Source of the DNA: Bacteroidales bacterium
GTDB lineage: Bacteria; Bacteroidota; Bacteroidia; Bacteroidales; ML635J-15
DNA length: 64,000 nucleotides
Direction of reading: 5' to 3'
Assembly (NCBI GenBank): GCA_963676165.1
Contig: OY781043.1
Location: forward strand, 633,342 to 697,341
This document shows, in pieces, positions 1 to 9,605 of the stretch. The notes under the pieces are model-generated. The model had not been told where the DNA came from. It saw only the letters and a program-made list of their open reading frames with translations, and made no database searches. How positions within the stretch are numbered: position 1 is the stretch's first letter; each line of letters starts with the position of its first letter. Position numbers and translations under genes: made by a program.

Positions 1-206
1 CCATTGCAAAAGAGAACAACCCATATCAGATGTGGATAGATACATATCACAGTGAAGAGTACGAACAGTACACACAACGATTCATTGATATTGTTGAGTG
101 TCTTGCTTTAGAATCTGATGAAAGTCTACTGCAGGAAATGCTGGATGCATTCATCCAATCAACTCAATACGAATTGGATTTCTTTCAAGAATCTATGAAA
201 TCTTAA
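1..206 (+). CDS. tenA: TenA/thiaminase II family protein, C-terminal fragment (5' end lies outside the window)
   Basis: Frame 3 reads ...NPYQMWIDTYHSEEYEQYTQRF...STQYELDFFQESMKS, followed by TAA at 204-206. The W-I-x-x-Y-x-S-x-E-Y segment and the C-terminal YE-x-x-F motif resemble TenA/PqqC-like thiaminase II C-termini. It is absent from the ORF track because it is truncated. Confidence 0.6.
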   Translation, partial: IAKENNPYQMWIDTYHSEEYEQYTQRFIDIVECLALESDESLLQEMLDAFIQSTQYELDFFQESMKS

Positions 207-759
207 TTCCATAGTCAGAAAGTAAACCTAATACACCCGGATAGGAAAAATGAGCGCCTCGGATTTTGTTTCTTTCCGGATGAATGTGGTAGTTAATAGC
301 AGTTCTGAAATCTGCTTTTCTTAAGTCAGTTTGCTGAAAAACACTTCGACTCATGTCACAAGCCTCAAAAAGTGTTTCCGAACAATTTGCCATAGAGAAA
401 TCACATTCATGAACTTTGCAAGTTTGCATTTGCATCTTTTTGCAATTCTTTTCGTGAAATACACAAAATTCTAAAATGCAGTCAGTAAAGTTGACTTCAA
501 ACAGAAAGTCTGATGCATCACTGAAATCCAGACCAATTAGTTTGCACTGGATAAATTGAAGGTTCTTTAAACCAGAAGATTGAAGTTTTGTGTTGGAGAA
601 ATTGCAATTCCTGAATTCACAATCAATGAACTCGCATTCTAATAGAAATGCTGTTGAGAAATCACAATTGATAAATTGACAGGCTTCAAACGTTTCCTCA
701 TGCCATGATTCTCCTGTAAATGATTGGTCTTTAATTTGTTCTTCTGTTCTGTATGCCAT
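193..759 (-). CDS. pentapeptide-repeat protein
   Basis: ORF 193..837. The sequence has long runs with 5-residue periodicity (CDFSTAFLLECEFIDCEFRNCNFSNTKL...ADFRTA). The start is moved to the MAYRTEEQ ATG at 759, which removes the overlap with rnhB. Confidence 0.7.
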   Translation of the reverse strand: MAYRTEEQIKDQSFTGESWHEETFEACQFINCDFSTAFLLECEFIDCEFRNCNFSNTKLQSSGLKNLQFIQCKLIGLDFSDASDFLFEVNFTDCILEFCVFHEKNCKKMQMQTCKVHECDFSMANCSETLFEACDMSRSVFQQTDLRKADFRTAINYHIHPERNKIRGAHFSYPGVLGLLSDYGIKIS

Positions 760-826
760 ATATTTTTTACAATTAATATATTTAGTAGAGATGTGATTAA
801 TCGCACCCCTACTAAATAGGAAAAAT

Positions 827-1432
827 TTAAAATTCAATTTCCAACTGGCTGTCTGTTAACCGAAAACTCATTCGGTGATACGGTGTGGCTCCAAACTTTT
901 CGATTGCAGCCCTGTGAGCTTTTGTCGGATATCCTTTGTTCTTTTTCCATGCATAATCTGGAAATTCTGCATCAATTTTCATCATATACTCATCTCTGTG
1001 CGTTTTTGCTAAAATACTAGCAGCAGCAATATTGGTAAAACGCGCGTCACCTTTAATCATGCACTCATAAGGTAAATCTTGATATGGTTTAAATCGATTT
1101 CCATCCACTAAAATGGCTTCGGGACGAATTTTTAGTTTGTCCAAAGCTTTGTGCATTGCTAGAATGGAGGCGTTGAGTATGTTGATTTCATCTATCTCAT
1201 CCGGCCATACAAAAGCAACGCCCCAGGCAATAGCTTTTTTCTCAATTTCCGGACGAAGGATATCCCGTTTTTTTTCTGAAATCTGCTTGGAATCATTCAG
1301 TAAAGGATGAAAATAATCATCTGGCAGAATTACGGCAGCAGCTACAACTGGTCCGGCTAAACAACCACGTCCAGCTTCATCGCATCCAGCATGAACTTTC
1401 CCTTTGAATATTTTTTCATTACTTAATGGCAT
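827..1432 (-). CDS. rnhB: ribonuclease HII
   Basis: [22 protein letters not shown]-terminal catalytic motif. The 201-aa length is typical. Confidence 0.9.
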   Translation of the reverse strand: MPLSNEKIFKGKVHAGCDEAGRGCLAGPVVAAAVILPDDYFHPLLNDSKQISEKKRDILRPEIEKKAIAWGVAFVWPDEIDEINILNASILAMHKALDKLKIRPEAILVDGNRFKPYQDLPYECMIKGDARFTNIAAASILAKTHRDEYMMKIDAEFPDYAWKKNKGYPTKAHRAAIEKFGATPYHRMSFRLTDSQLEIEF

Positions 1433-2552
1433 TCAGTGTTTTTTCAATAGAGTTCCAAAATTTTTCTGCGGTTTTATCCCAAGAAAACTTTTCACGCTGA
1501 GTTTTCCCTTTCTCAATTAAATCCTGACGAAGATTTTCATTCTTAGATAGTTCGAGTAATGCATTTGCAATCTCTTCATCTTTATCGGGATTTACGAGCA
1601 GAGCAGCGTCTCCTGCTACTTCTGGAAGAGATGTTTTATTTCCACAGATAACAGCAGTTTCAGCATAAAAGGCTTCTACTATAGGAATTCCGAATCCTTC
1701 AAAAAAGGAAACAAAACAAAGTGCATGAGCTGAGGCAATGAGTCCACTTAATGTATTTGCTTCTAAGCGTCCGGTAAATATTATATCATCTGGGAATTTC
1801 ATGTTATTAAGTGCATTTTTTATTCCTTCTGTTTTGTGCATAGGATCGCCAACAATCAACAGCTTAAAGTTTTTGTTGTCGTTTTGTTTAAACTTGTCAA
1901 ATGCGCGAATAAGTCCATCAACATTTTTTCTTGGGTTTAGCGCTCCCACAAAAATATAATAAGGGCTACCTTGCGTGAAGGTTTGTCTTACGGATGACTT
2001 TTTGCCATCGCTGGCTGGTAAATACAAGGCATTTGACCCATTGTAATATACATCAATTTTGTCTTTGTTTATGTGGTAAGTTTCTGAAATGTCTTGTCGT
2101 GAAAATTCGGAAACGGTGCCTATTCTTTTGGCTTTTTTTGCCCATTTTGGTATGTAATATTGATAATACTTACGCACCAAGTTTGGAAGGTGTTCTGGGA
2201 AGTGCTCAAAGTTGATGTCGTGTATTACTGCTAATGTTGGGACATTTGAGCGCAAACTCATAAAACCATCTGTGGAAACAAAAATATCTGCCTTTATTTT
2301 TTTTAAAAGCTGAGGGATTTTCCATTCTAGCCAAAAATACCAAAGAAACGGATGTCTGGTTGGAGGGCTGAGTACAATCGGAGTGACATTGTTAGCAAAC
2401 AGAAATTCATCGCTGTATTTTCTGTCAAAAATAAAATAGAATTCATGTTCAGGGTGGTTTTGTACAATGCGCTTTAAGCTTTCATAACTAAACCATCCAA
2501 TGCCTTCAAGCTTGTTTTTTAATAATAATCTGGTATTTACAGCAATGCGCAT
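1419..2552 (-). CDS. glycosyltransferase, GT4-like (GT-B fold)
   Basis: 377 aa with a C-terminal [10 protein letters not shown] motif typical of glycosyl transferases group 1. It overlaps the rnhB start by 14 nt. Confidence 0.8.
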   Translation of the reverse strand: MRIAVNTRLLLKNKLEGIGWFSYESLKRIVQNHPEHEFYFIFDRKYSDEFLFANNVTPIVLSPPTRHPFLWYFWLEWKIPQLLKKIKADIFVSTDGFMSLRSNVPTLAVIHDINFEHFPEHLPNLVRKYYQYYIPKWAKKAKRIGTVSEFSRQDISETYHINKDKIDVYYNGSNALYLPASDGKKSSVRQTFTQGSPYYIFVGALNPRKNVDGLIRAFDKFKQNDNKNFKLLIVGDPMHKTEGIKNALNNMKFPDDIIFTGRLEANTLSGLIASAHALCFVSFFEGFGIPIVEAFYAETAVICGNKTSLPEVAGDAALLVNPDKDEEIANALLELSKNENLRQDLIEKGKTQREKFSWDKTAEKFWNSIEKTLNAIK

Positions 2553-2555
2553 AAT

Positions 2556-3305
2556 TTAAATCAGTCCTACATGCTGAAGTTTCAGCAAATCTTTTTTTGT
2601 GTCGATAGATACAGTCTCATGTTCTGTAAATTCAACTTTAATTTTGTATCCGTTTTCTATCCATCTTAATTGCTCAAGCGATTCAGCAATTTCGAGAGGT
2701 GTTAGTTTGAGTAATGCTATTTCTTTCAGTATGTCGTATCGATATGCATATAATCCAATGTGTTTGTAGTATAGGTGGTTATGTATCCATTTATTTTCTT
2801 TTTTCCCTCTGAAATATGGAATTGGAGATCGTGAAAAGTAAATAGCTTCAGATTTTTGATTTAGAACAATCTTTGGCTTATTAATATTGAAAATATCATC
2901 CATATTATTGATGGGTTTTGCCAAAGTTGCAATTTGTGTTCGTTTAAGTTTAAAAGGTCGTTTGATCTGTTCAAATTGCTCTGGTTGGACAAAAGGTTCG
3001 TCTCCCTGGACATTGACAACAACATCAAATTTTATGTTTGTTTTGTCTTGAATCATATCGACAGCTTCAGCGCAACGATCTGTTCCGCTTTTGTGTTTCT
3101 TTGAAGTCATGACAAATTTTCCTCCAAAACTTTCAACATTTTCTGCAATTCGTTTATCATCTGTCGCGACATAAACGTGCTCAAAAGATTTTGAAGCCTG
3201 TTCGAAAACCCGTTGTATCATCGTCTTTCCTTCAATGACTGCCAGTGGTTTACCTGGAAATCTTGTCGAAGCATATCGGGCTGGTATAATAGCGATAAAA
3301 CTCAT
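2556..3305 (-). CDS. kdsB: 3-deoxy-manno-octulosonate cytidylyltransferase (CMP-KDO synthetase)
   Basis: IIPARYASTRFPGKPL N-terminus and a VNVQGDEP motif. 249 aa. Confidence 0.9.
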   Translation of the reverse strand: MSFIAIIPARYASTRFPGKPLAVIEGKTMIQRVFEQASKSFEHVYVATDDKRIAENVESFGGKFVMTSKKHKSGTDRCAEAVDMIQDKTNIKFDVVVNVQGDEPFVQPEQFEQIKRPFKLKRTQIATLAKPINNMDDIFNINKPKIVLNQKSEAIYFSRSPIPYFRGKKENKWIHNHLYYKHIGLYAYRYDILKEIALLKLTPLEIAESLEQLRWIENGYKIKVEFTEHETVSIDTKKDLLKLQHVGLI

Positions 3306-3418
3306 ATACTGATTTTGGCACTAAATTAATCAAAATTCCTTATTTTCATGGCATGAAATCTGAGCGGGTCGTCTTCTCATGATTATTTCTGAAATGACTT
3401 AATTAATTGATTGAAATT

Positions 3419-3859
3419 ATGGAAATTAAGACAATTGCATTGGCTGCGGATCATGCAGGCTACAAAATGAAAGAAGCGGTTAAAAGTTGGTTGAAATCTG
3501 AAGGTTACGAAGTGAAAGACTTTGGTACGAATTCTGAAGAAAGCACAGACTATCCGGATTATGCTCATCCAATGGCGGAATTTGTGGAGTCAGGTAAGGC
3601 TCAGCTTGGATATACTTTCTGTGGTAGCGGAAACGGTATTAGCATGGTGGCAAATAAGCATCAGGGAATTCGTTCGGCTTTGTGTTGGGAGGAAGAACTT
3701 GCTGCATTAGCCCGCCAGCATAACGATGCAAATGTATGTTCTATTCCTGCACGCTTTGTCTCTGAAGAGAAGGGACTAAGTATTGCAAAAACATTTTTAG
3801 AAAGCGATTTTGAGGGAGGTCGACACCAACGTCGTGTTGACAAGATTGCTGTGAAATAA
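3419..3859 (+). CDS. rpiB: ribose-5-phosphate isomerase B
   Basis: IALAADHAGY and CGSGNGISMVANK motifs. The first ATG is at 3419, whereas the track ORF opens at a TTG at 3407. Confidence 0.85.
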   Translation: MEIKTIALAADHAGYKMKEAVKSWLKSEGYEVKDFGTNSEESTDYPDYAHPMAEFVESGKAQLGYTFCGSGNGISMVANKHQGIRSALCWEEELAALARQHNDANVCSIPARFVSEEKGLSIAKTFLESDFEGGRHQRRVDKIAVK

Positions 3860-3867
3860 AAAGAGTA

Positions 3868-3902
3868 AAGCGAAATAATTATTGGAATTGTTTCGCTTTT
3901 TT
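3868..3902 (+). terminator. rho-independent terminator after rpiB
   Basis: AAGCGAAATAATT (3868-3880) pairs with AATTGTTTCGCTT (3886-3898) with one G-U pair and a 5-nt loop, followed by a T run. Confidence 0.7.
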
Positions 3903-4082
3903 ACTTTTGCTTCGTGCAATTTTATCTTGAGAAACGGCACAAGGGATTTTCCGCTTCTTCATTTTTTTGTTATGCCCAATTCGGTGCTCTGGAAATGTTT
4001 CCCGAGATGTTAATCTGCTGCTTAGATCGAATTCACGTTAATTAGCACGGCAATAATTAGTTTCCACATGCTGTAAATTTAT

Positions 4083-4118
4083 AAAAAAATTCGCTTCCAA
4101 ATTATTTCGAGAAGCGGA
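4083..4118 (-). terminator. rho-independent terminator after the 4146..4907 gene
   Basis: CGCTTC (4092-4097) pairs with GAAGCG (4111-4116). On the minus strand the hairpin is followed by T7 (plus-strand A run 4083-4089). Confidence 0.55.
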
Positions 4119-4145
4119 TTACTCAATCGGCATGATTAAATCACA

Positions 4146-4907
4146 TTAATTGACAATCACCTTTTTCGATAGAAAGTCCTTTCCTTGTTTTACGGATAAT
4201 ATGTAGGTTCCTTTCCAAAATTTCGCGAGGTCAATATCCTCCTTTACTTGTCCTGTTTTCCCTTCGATAGTTTTTTCATAAACTTGTCGTCCGCTGCTAT
4301 CAAAAATTGACAACTGAATTGTTTCCTCTTTTTGAGAACTAAAGTTTAAAGTGAAAATTCCATTGTTTGGATTGGGATAGAAATCTATGTTCTCATTCAG
4401 TAAGCTGTTTTCTACTAATTCGTTTGGGATGTCAAAATCTGTAATGTCCTCAATGCGCACATCAATCAATAGAATTCCTTCTTTTCCATCTTTTGCTTCT
4501 GAATAAAAGACTTGAATTTCACCGCTTTCATCTGCAATGGCATCTACTGTAAAGGTTTCAAATACAGCAGAGGCAGCATTTTCATCCGTAATTGTGTAAA
4601 CCTCAGTTGTTTTCCCGTCTTGAACGTTCATTTCAATGTGAATTTTATTGTCTGATTCTGCCTGAATGTTTCGTGTATTAACAAAAAGTGTTAATGAATC
4701 ATCTGATTCAATGTAGCGAATGTTCATGTCTTCAGTAATTTCATTCCAGTCTTGTCCGTTAATTTTAATGCAAGTGTCAGTTGTAATTTTGTCACCATTA
4801 ATGATTATGTTTTTTTTAATTTCCACAGTTTGTTCCTCCTGTGCAATGGAAAATGAACTTGCAAATAAGCCGACAATTAATAGTGTAAATAAAGATAAGT
4901 GTCTCAT
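4146..4907 (-). CDS. secreted protein with T9SS type-A C-terminal sorting domain
   Basis: N-terminal signal peptide (MRHLSLFTLLIVGLFASSFSIAQ). The C-terminus FYPNPNNGIFTLNF...GTYILSV...KKVIVN matches the Por secretion tail pattern. Confidence 0.7.
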   Translation of the reverse strand: MRHLSLFTLLIVGLFASSFSIAQEEQTVEIKKNIIINGDKITTDTCIKINGQDWNEITEDMNIRYIESDDSLTLFVNTRNIQAESDNKIHIEMNVQDGKTTEVYTITDENAASAVFETFTVDAIADESGEIQVFYSEAKDGKEGILLIDVRIEDITDFDIPNELVENSLLNENIDFYPNPNNGIFTLNFSSQKEETIQLSIFDSSGRQVYEKTIEGKTGQVKEDIDLAKFWKGTYILSVKQGKDFLSKKVIVN

Positions 4908-4935
4908 AATATTTGTGTGTTGGTGAATACTATGT

Positions 4936-4943
4936 CAAATGTA
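4936..4943 (-). promoter_or_regulatory. candidate Bacteroidota sigma-A -7 box (TACATTTG on the minus strand)
   Basis: Plus-strand CAAATGTA is the reverse complement of the TAnnTTTG consensus. It lies 29 nt upstream of the ATG at 4907. Confidence 0.3.
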
Positions 4944-4958
4944 TGGCGAGATGTATGG
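4939..4958. promoter_or_regulatory. direct repeat, 2x ATGTATGG spaced 12 nt start to start
   Basis: ATGTATGG occurs at 4939-4946 and 4951-4958 in the divergent intergenic region. Confidence 0.3.
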
Positions 4959-4975
4959 GTGATTTCTTAGAGGCT

Positions 4976-5002
4976 GGTTAAAAAGGGTTAAGGAAGGGTT
5001 AA
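4976..5002. promoter_or_regulatory. three phased GGTTAA direct repeats, a candidate response-regulator binding site
   Basis: GGTTAA occurs at 4976-4981, 4986-4991 and 4997-5002, with 10- and 11-nt spacing. The repeats lie immediately upstream of the -7 box at 5030. Confidence 0.4.
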
Positions 5003-5029
5003 ATTCCTTTTCAGAAGCTTAAAATCAGT

Positions 5030-5037
5030 TACATTTG
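5030..5037 (+). promoter_or_regulatory. candidate -7 box TACATTTG for the histidine kinase/response regulator operon
   Basis: Matches TAnnTTTG and lies 18 nt upstream of the ATG at 5055. Confidence 0.35.
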
Positions 5038-5054
5038 ATCCAAACAATGTTCAA

Positions 5055-6587
5055 ATGAGGAATAAACAAACACTCATTATTGTTGTGCTTATGCTGGTTA
5101 CTTTGTCAGGAGTAATCTTCGTGCAACTTGTTTGGATGAATCGTGCTGTTGAGGAAAATCGACATAAATTTGACATGGAGGTGACACAGGCAATTCGTGA
5201 AACAGTGGATAAGCTGGCTCGAAAAGAGGAGGTGATTTTTCTTTCAAAGCGTGTAGATTTTAATACTGAACGAAATATTGTTCAAATTACCCGACCTGAC
5301 AGTGTAATGACAACTGAAATTGTTTATGTTTCAAAGCAAGGTATTGACAGTGATTCCAGTATAGTTGTAAGCCCAGAATCAATTTCTCATACCTTTAATT
5401 TCCAAAATATAGAAAGCGTAGAAGGTTCAGATTCCGTTAATTTATCTATTACTGCGAATAGTCAGTCGGATAAAATTAACGATTTTGCTGGTATCATAGG
5501 GGACATGGTTGTAGAATTTGAAGCCAATAAAAAGCCTATCGAAGAACGTATTTCTCGTGAAGATATTGAGGTGCAGCTTTCAAAGAGTCTTGAGCGTCAT
5601 AATATCCAACTTGCGTATGATTTTGCCGTATTTGCACAGCAAGATAGCTTGATTCAAGTGCTGAGTAGTAAGGAAATGCAAGCAGATGATGCCGCATACA
5701 CTGCACAGTTGTTTCCCGATGATAAAAACTCCCGGGGATATCAGCTTTCCGTGCAATTTGAGTCGCGTAATGCATACATATTCCATTCCCTAAATGGCTT
5801 GCTGATTTTTGGTTTGATTTTTACTCTTGCCTTAATTAGCACCTTTGTTTATACACTAAGTGTCCTTATACGGCAAAAGAAAATTAGTCAGATAAAGACT
5901 GATTTTATCAATAATATGACACATGAATTCAAGACTCCAATAACGACAATTGCTGTCGCTGTCGATTCTTTGTCAAATGAAATTGTGCGCAATAATCCTG
6001 AAAAGCAAGACTATTTTACTTCAGTGATTCGAAAAGAAAACAAAAAAATGAATCAGCGTATTGAGCAGGTGCTAAAACTTTCTGTTGATGATCAGTCTGT
6101 TCAAAACATTGATATTGTTATGCTTGATGTTGCCTTGTTAATACGAGAATGTTGCGATTCATTTCAAGTTCAAATTTCACATTTGTCTGGCAGGTTGAAA
6201 TTTTCTAACATGGCTGAAAACACTGTTTTATGGGCTGATGTTAATCAGATACGTACTCTCTTGTGTAATTTGTTGGACAATGCTGTAAAATATTCTGATG
6301 AAGCACCTAAGATAGAATTGCGTTTATGTAATGTGGATGAAAATATCCGTATTGAAGTCATTGATCATGGAATTGGAATATCAGCTCGTGAGCAGCAGAA
6401 GATATTTGATCGTTTTTATCGTGTGCATACTGGGAATATACATGCGGTGAAAGGCTTTGGTTTAGGCTTAAGCCAAGTGAAAGCGATCGTTGATTCTTAT
6501 CACGGAGAAATAAAATTAAAAAGTGAAATTGGAAATGGAAGTCAGTTTATTGTTGTATTACCCCGTAACCCTAAAATAAATGAATAA
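5055..6587 (+). CDS. sensor histidine kinase
   Basis: N-terminal TM segment and a second TM near residue 250. H-box FINNMTHEFKTPIT, N-box LLDNAVKYS and G-boxes DHGIGI / GFGLGLS. Confidence 0.85.
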   Translation: MRNKQTLIIVVLMLVTLSGVIFVQLVWMNRAVEENRHKFDMEVTQAIRETVDKLARKEEVIFLSKRVDFNTERNIVQITRPDSVMTTEIVYVSKQGIDSDSSIVVSPESISHTFNFQNIESVEGSDSVNLSITANSQSDKINDFAGIIGDMVVEFEANKKPIEERISREDIEVQLSKSLERHNIQLAYDFAVFAQQDSLIQVLSSKEMQADDAAYTAQLFPDDKNSRGYQLSVQFESRNAYIFHSLNGLLIFGLIFTLALISTFVYTLSVLIRQKKISQIKTDFINNMTHEFKTPITTIAVAVDSLSNEIVRNNPEKQDYFTSVIRKENKKMNQRIEQVLKLSVDDQSVQNIDIVMLDVALLIRECCDSFQVQISHLSGRLKFSNMAENTVLWADVNQIRTLLCNLLDNAVKYSDEAPKIELRLCNVDENIRIEVIDHGIGISAREQQKIFDRFYRVHTGNIHAVKGFGLGLSQVKAIVDSYHGEIKLKSEIGNGSQFIVVLPRNPKINE

Positions 6588-7266
6588 ACCACGCATTTTG
6601 CTTGTTGAGGACGATACTAGCCTAGGACCTGTGCTAAAGTCCTATTTGGAAATGAATACCTATGAAGTTGATTTGGTAGATGATGGAAGAGAAGTTTTGC
6701 CTATTCTCCAAAATAAGGATTTTGATGTGTGTATTTTTGATGTAATGCTGCCCGGAAAAGATGGTTTTTCCATTGCAAAGGAAGTTTCTGATTTTAGATC
6801 TGATCTTCCCTTTGTATTTTTAACTGCGAAAACATTGCGGGAAGATATGATTAAAGGCTTCAAATTAGGAGCGGATGATTACATTACAAAGCCTTTTGAT
6901 ACCGAGGTGCTTATCTTTAAATTAAATGCAATATTGCACAGAAATAAGGTGATAAAACCAGAAACATGGGAGTTTCAAGTTGGGAAATACAATTTCTATG
7001 CTAGGGAAAGAAAGCTGTTGTTTAATGAGGAATGCATTAAGTTAACTCCTAAAGAGAATGCTTTGCTGAAAATTCTATGTGAAAACATGAATGAGTTGAC
7101 ACAAAATCAAATAGCATTAATGAGTATTTGGGGAAATGATTCGTATTTCAATAAGCGAAGTATGGATGTTTTTATATCCAAACTCAGAAAATATTTAAGT
7201 CAAGACAAAAGAATTTTTATTGAAAATGTTCATGGATCTGGTTATATTCTTTATGTGCAGGATTAA
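6580..7266 (+). CDS. OmpR/PhoB-family response regulator
   Basis: Receiver domain (ILLVEDD...DVMLPGKDG...LTAK) plus a winged-helix C-terminus (LTPKENALLKIL...GSGY). It overlaps the kinase stop by 8 nt. Confidence 0.9.
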   Translation: MNKPRILLVEDDTSLGPVLKSYLEMNTYEVDLVDDGREVLPILQNKDFDVCIFDVMLPGKDGFSIAKEVSDFRSDLPFVFLTAKTLREDMIKGFKLGADDYITKPFDTEVLIFKLNAILHRNKVIKPETWEFQVGKYNFYARERKLLFNEECIKLTPKENALLKILCENMNELTQNQIALMSIWGNDSYFNKRSMDVFISKLRKYLSQDKRIFIENVHGSGYILYVQD

Positions 7267-7281
7267 TGTGTTGTAGTTGTC

Positions 7282-7316
7282 AAAAAAATGCAGCCTTTTT
7301 GGGGCTGCATTTTTTG
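7282..7316. terminator. bidirectional rho-independent terminator
   Basis: AAAAATGCAGCC (7284-7295) pairs with GGCTGCATTTTT (7303-7314). An A run precedes the hairpin and a T run follows it. Confidence 0.75.
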
Positions 7317-7465
7317 CTTGTGTTTATTTCTTCTAATAACCCTTATACTCTTTGGATCAAGCAAAAGTTGGGGTATATCAGATCTTAAACTATATTGAGC
7401 GAATTCACTATTGCTTTGTATTTGAGTTGGAGATGAATGAAGCCCAAAGTGATTCCTAACTATGT

Positions 7466-8254
7466 TTAAGTATTTATGCTTTCATCATGCAATTGCAAAA
7501 GCTTTTGAATTGATCTTTCCACCAAAGGATCATCTCCCACAGAATAATGATTGACATACAATGCAATGTGTTTTTTCATCACAGCATCTTCCATTTCTTG
7601 AGCATGTTGTCGGATAAATGGCATGGCTTCTTCAGGATGTTTGAAGGCATAAAGTATGCTATCCCGTAAGGCTTTGTCAACTTTTGTAATCATCTTTTTA
7701 GGAATATTTTTTTGAATTGCAATGCCTCCTAAAGGAGTTGGAAGTCCATACGTATTTTCCCAAACTTCCCCAATGTCAATAATCTTTTTCAGCCCTTTGT
7801 CTTTGTATGTAAACCGACTTTCATGAATGATGAGACCTGCATCGCACTCTCCATCAAGAACAGCGTCTTCAATGTCTGAAAAAACATATACTTGTTTTGC
7901 TTTGACTTTCGGATAGAAAATTTTTAACAATAAATTGGCAGTGGTCATTTCTCCGGGAATTGCAATTTTCATGTCCTCAATTTCATCCGGAAAGGCTCTG
8001 TGTTTCGAAACTAATATCGGACCGCAATTTTCGCCCAAGGCTCCACCTGAATTCAACATTTGGTATTTGTCTCTTAGTTTTGCAAAGGTATGATAGGACA
8101 ATTTTGTCATGTCTGTAACACCTTGCATTGCCATGTTGTTTAGTGTCTCAATATCTTCTATATATAGTTCGACATCTATGCCTGAATGTTTCAAAAAATG
8201 ATCAAACATAAAGGTATCGTTGGGGCAAGAGGAAATTCCAAGTTTTAATTTCAT
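7466..8254 (-). CDS. mqnD: 1,4-dihydroxy-6-naphthoate synthase (futalosine pathway)
   Basis: N-terminus LGISSCPNDTFMFDHF is characteristic of MqnD. 262 aa. Confidence 0.75.
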   Translation of the reverse strand: MKLKLGISSCPNDTFMFDHFLKHSGIDVELYIEDIETLNNMAMQGVTDMTKLSYHTFAKLRDKYQMLNSGGALGENCGPILVSKHRAFPDEIEDMKIAIPGEMTTANLLLKIFYPKVKAKQVYVFSDIEDAVLDGECDAGLIIHESRFTYKDKGLKKIIDIGEVWENTYGLPTPLGGIAIQKNIPKKMITKVDKALRDSILYAFKHPEEAMPFIRQHAQEMEDAVMKKHIALYVNHYSVGDDPLVERSIQKLLQLHDESINT

Positions 8255-8892
8255 TTGATGTGATTTTCAATAAGGTAATCGGTTAAATTTTCAAGTGCAG
8301 TGTGCATGTCCCATTTGGCAATATTACGCTCTTCAACAGGATTGGAAATTGCTCGGATTTCAACAAAAGGAATCTGTAGATTATCGAAAATCATAAATAG
8401 TCCGGCACCTTCCATATTTTCAATATCAGCTTCAGGGAAACCATCTAAACGTATGTTGTTCATGCTGACAGTATTTGAAGTAACATGCTTAAGTTGAGTT
8501 TCTTGCATGAGTTTGTCGTTGGGATTTACTATGCTTCCACCTGAATAATAGGTTTCCCAATCTGATTTTTGACTCAGCGATTGAAAGTTATTCTTATTTT
8601 GAACGCCTATGTCTGCAAAAAATTCTTCTTTAACGCATACGAGTTCGCCTGCAGGCAATTTGTTGTGATAAGTCCCTGCGATACCTGCCAAAATCACTTT
8701 CTGGTAAGATTGTTTTGATACATGTTGCATGGTGTTAAACATGCTTGCAGGGAGTCCTGGTCCACAGATGAGTAGTTGAGTGTCAGATTGCATATCAGTG
8801 AACAGCAAATCTTCTTTCTTTTTCATCTGCAAAGCTGAAATTAAAAGCTTAGCTTCTAATAGTGTTGGTATGATGATGAGTAATCGGTTCAT
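8251..8892 (-). CDS. mqnB: futalosine hydrolase-like nucleosidase (PNP/UDP phosphorylase fold)
   Basis: 213 aa with a nucleoside phosphorylase-like pattern (ILAGIAG...ENMEGAG). A 4-nt ATGA overlap couples it to mqnD. Confidence 0.65.
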   Translation of the reverse strand: MNRLLIIIPTLLEAKLLISALQMKKKEDLLFTDMQSDTQLLICGPGLPASMFNTMQHVSKQSYQKVILAGIAGTYHNKLPAGELVCVKEEFFADIGVQNKNNFQSLSQKSDWETYYSGGSIVNPNDKLMQETQLKHVTSNTVSMNNIRLDGFPEADIENMEGAGLFMIFDNLQIPFVEIRAISNPVEERNIAKWDMHTALENLTDYLIENHIK

Positions 8893-8955
8893 AAGTTCTC
8901 AAAACATAAATCAAAATAAAATTGTTTACTTTGCATCATTAAAGGTATAAAAATT

Positions 8956-9582
8956 ATGGAATTTACGATTAACGATCCGGAAATTGGAGGATTTGTACGT
9001 ACAGATTCTTACGACGATGAAGTAACCAATCAACTTGCTCATCATTATCACGAAATCATAAAACTTGTTGGTGAAGATGTTACCCGTGAAGGGCTAGAGA
9101 AGACGCCTATGCGTGTTGCTAAAGCGATGCAATTTTTGTTGCAAGGGTATAATCAGGATCCTGCAAAAATCCTTCAGTCAGCGAAGTTTAAGGAGGATTA
9201 CCAACAAATGGTTATTGTGAAAGATATTGATTTGTTCTCTATGTGTGAGCATCATATGTTGCCATTTGTAGGCAAAGCTCATGTTGCATACATTCCAAAC
9301 CATTACATTACAGGTTTAAGTAAAATTGCTCGAGTAGTAGAGGCTTTTGCACGCAGAATGCAGGTTCAGGAGCGTTTGACAACTCAAATAAAAGACTGTA
9401 TTCAAGATACATTGCAGCCTTTAGGTGTTGCTGTTGTTATTGAAGCCCGTCATATGTGCATGCAAATGCGCGGTGTGCAAAAGCAGAATTCTGTGACTAC
9501 CACATCAGATTTTACCGGGGCATTTTTGAAAGAGCCAACCAGAAAGGAATTTCTGAATTTAGTGAATGCGAAATTAATGTAA
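8956..9582 (+). CDS. folE: GTP cyclohydrolase I
   Basis: Motifs [18 protein letters not shown] and RLQVQERLT. Confidence 0.9.
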   Translation: MEFTINDPEIGGFVRTDSYDDEVTNQLAHHYHEIIKLVGEDVTREGLEKTPMRVAKAMQFLLQGYNQDPAKILQSAKFKEDYQQMVIVKDIDLFSMCEHHMLPFVGKAHVAYIPNHYITGLSKIARVVEAFARRMQVQERLTTQIKDCIQDTLQPLGVAVVIEARHMCMQMRGVQKQNSVTTTSDFTGAFLKEPTRKEFLNLVNAKLM

Positions 9583-9605
9583 ATCAAAACCAAAACAATA
9601 AACAA

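Noticed and set aside
3879-3962. An unlisted 27-codon minus-strand ORF encoding a very basic peptide (MKKRKIPCAVSQDKIARSKSKKAKQFQ) between rpiB and the T9SS cargo gene.
   Set aside because: It overlaps the rpiB terminator hairpin, has no promoter-like box, and lies downstream of another gene's terminator. Nothing supports it beyond the presence of an ATG. It would be worth revisiting only if ribosome profiling shows occupancy.
9456-9605. The upstream extension of the fabD ORF, which makes the track ORF 342 aa long and overlaps folE.
   Set aside because: The extension overlaps the folE 3' end in another frame and has no FabD homology. The canonical MKAFVFPGQGAQ start is at 9606.
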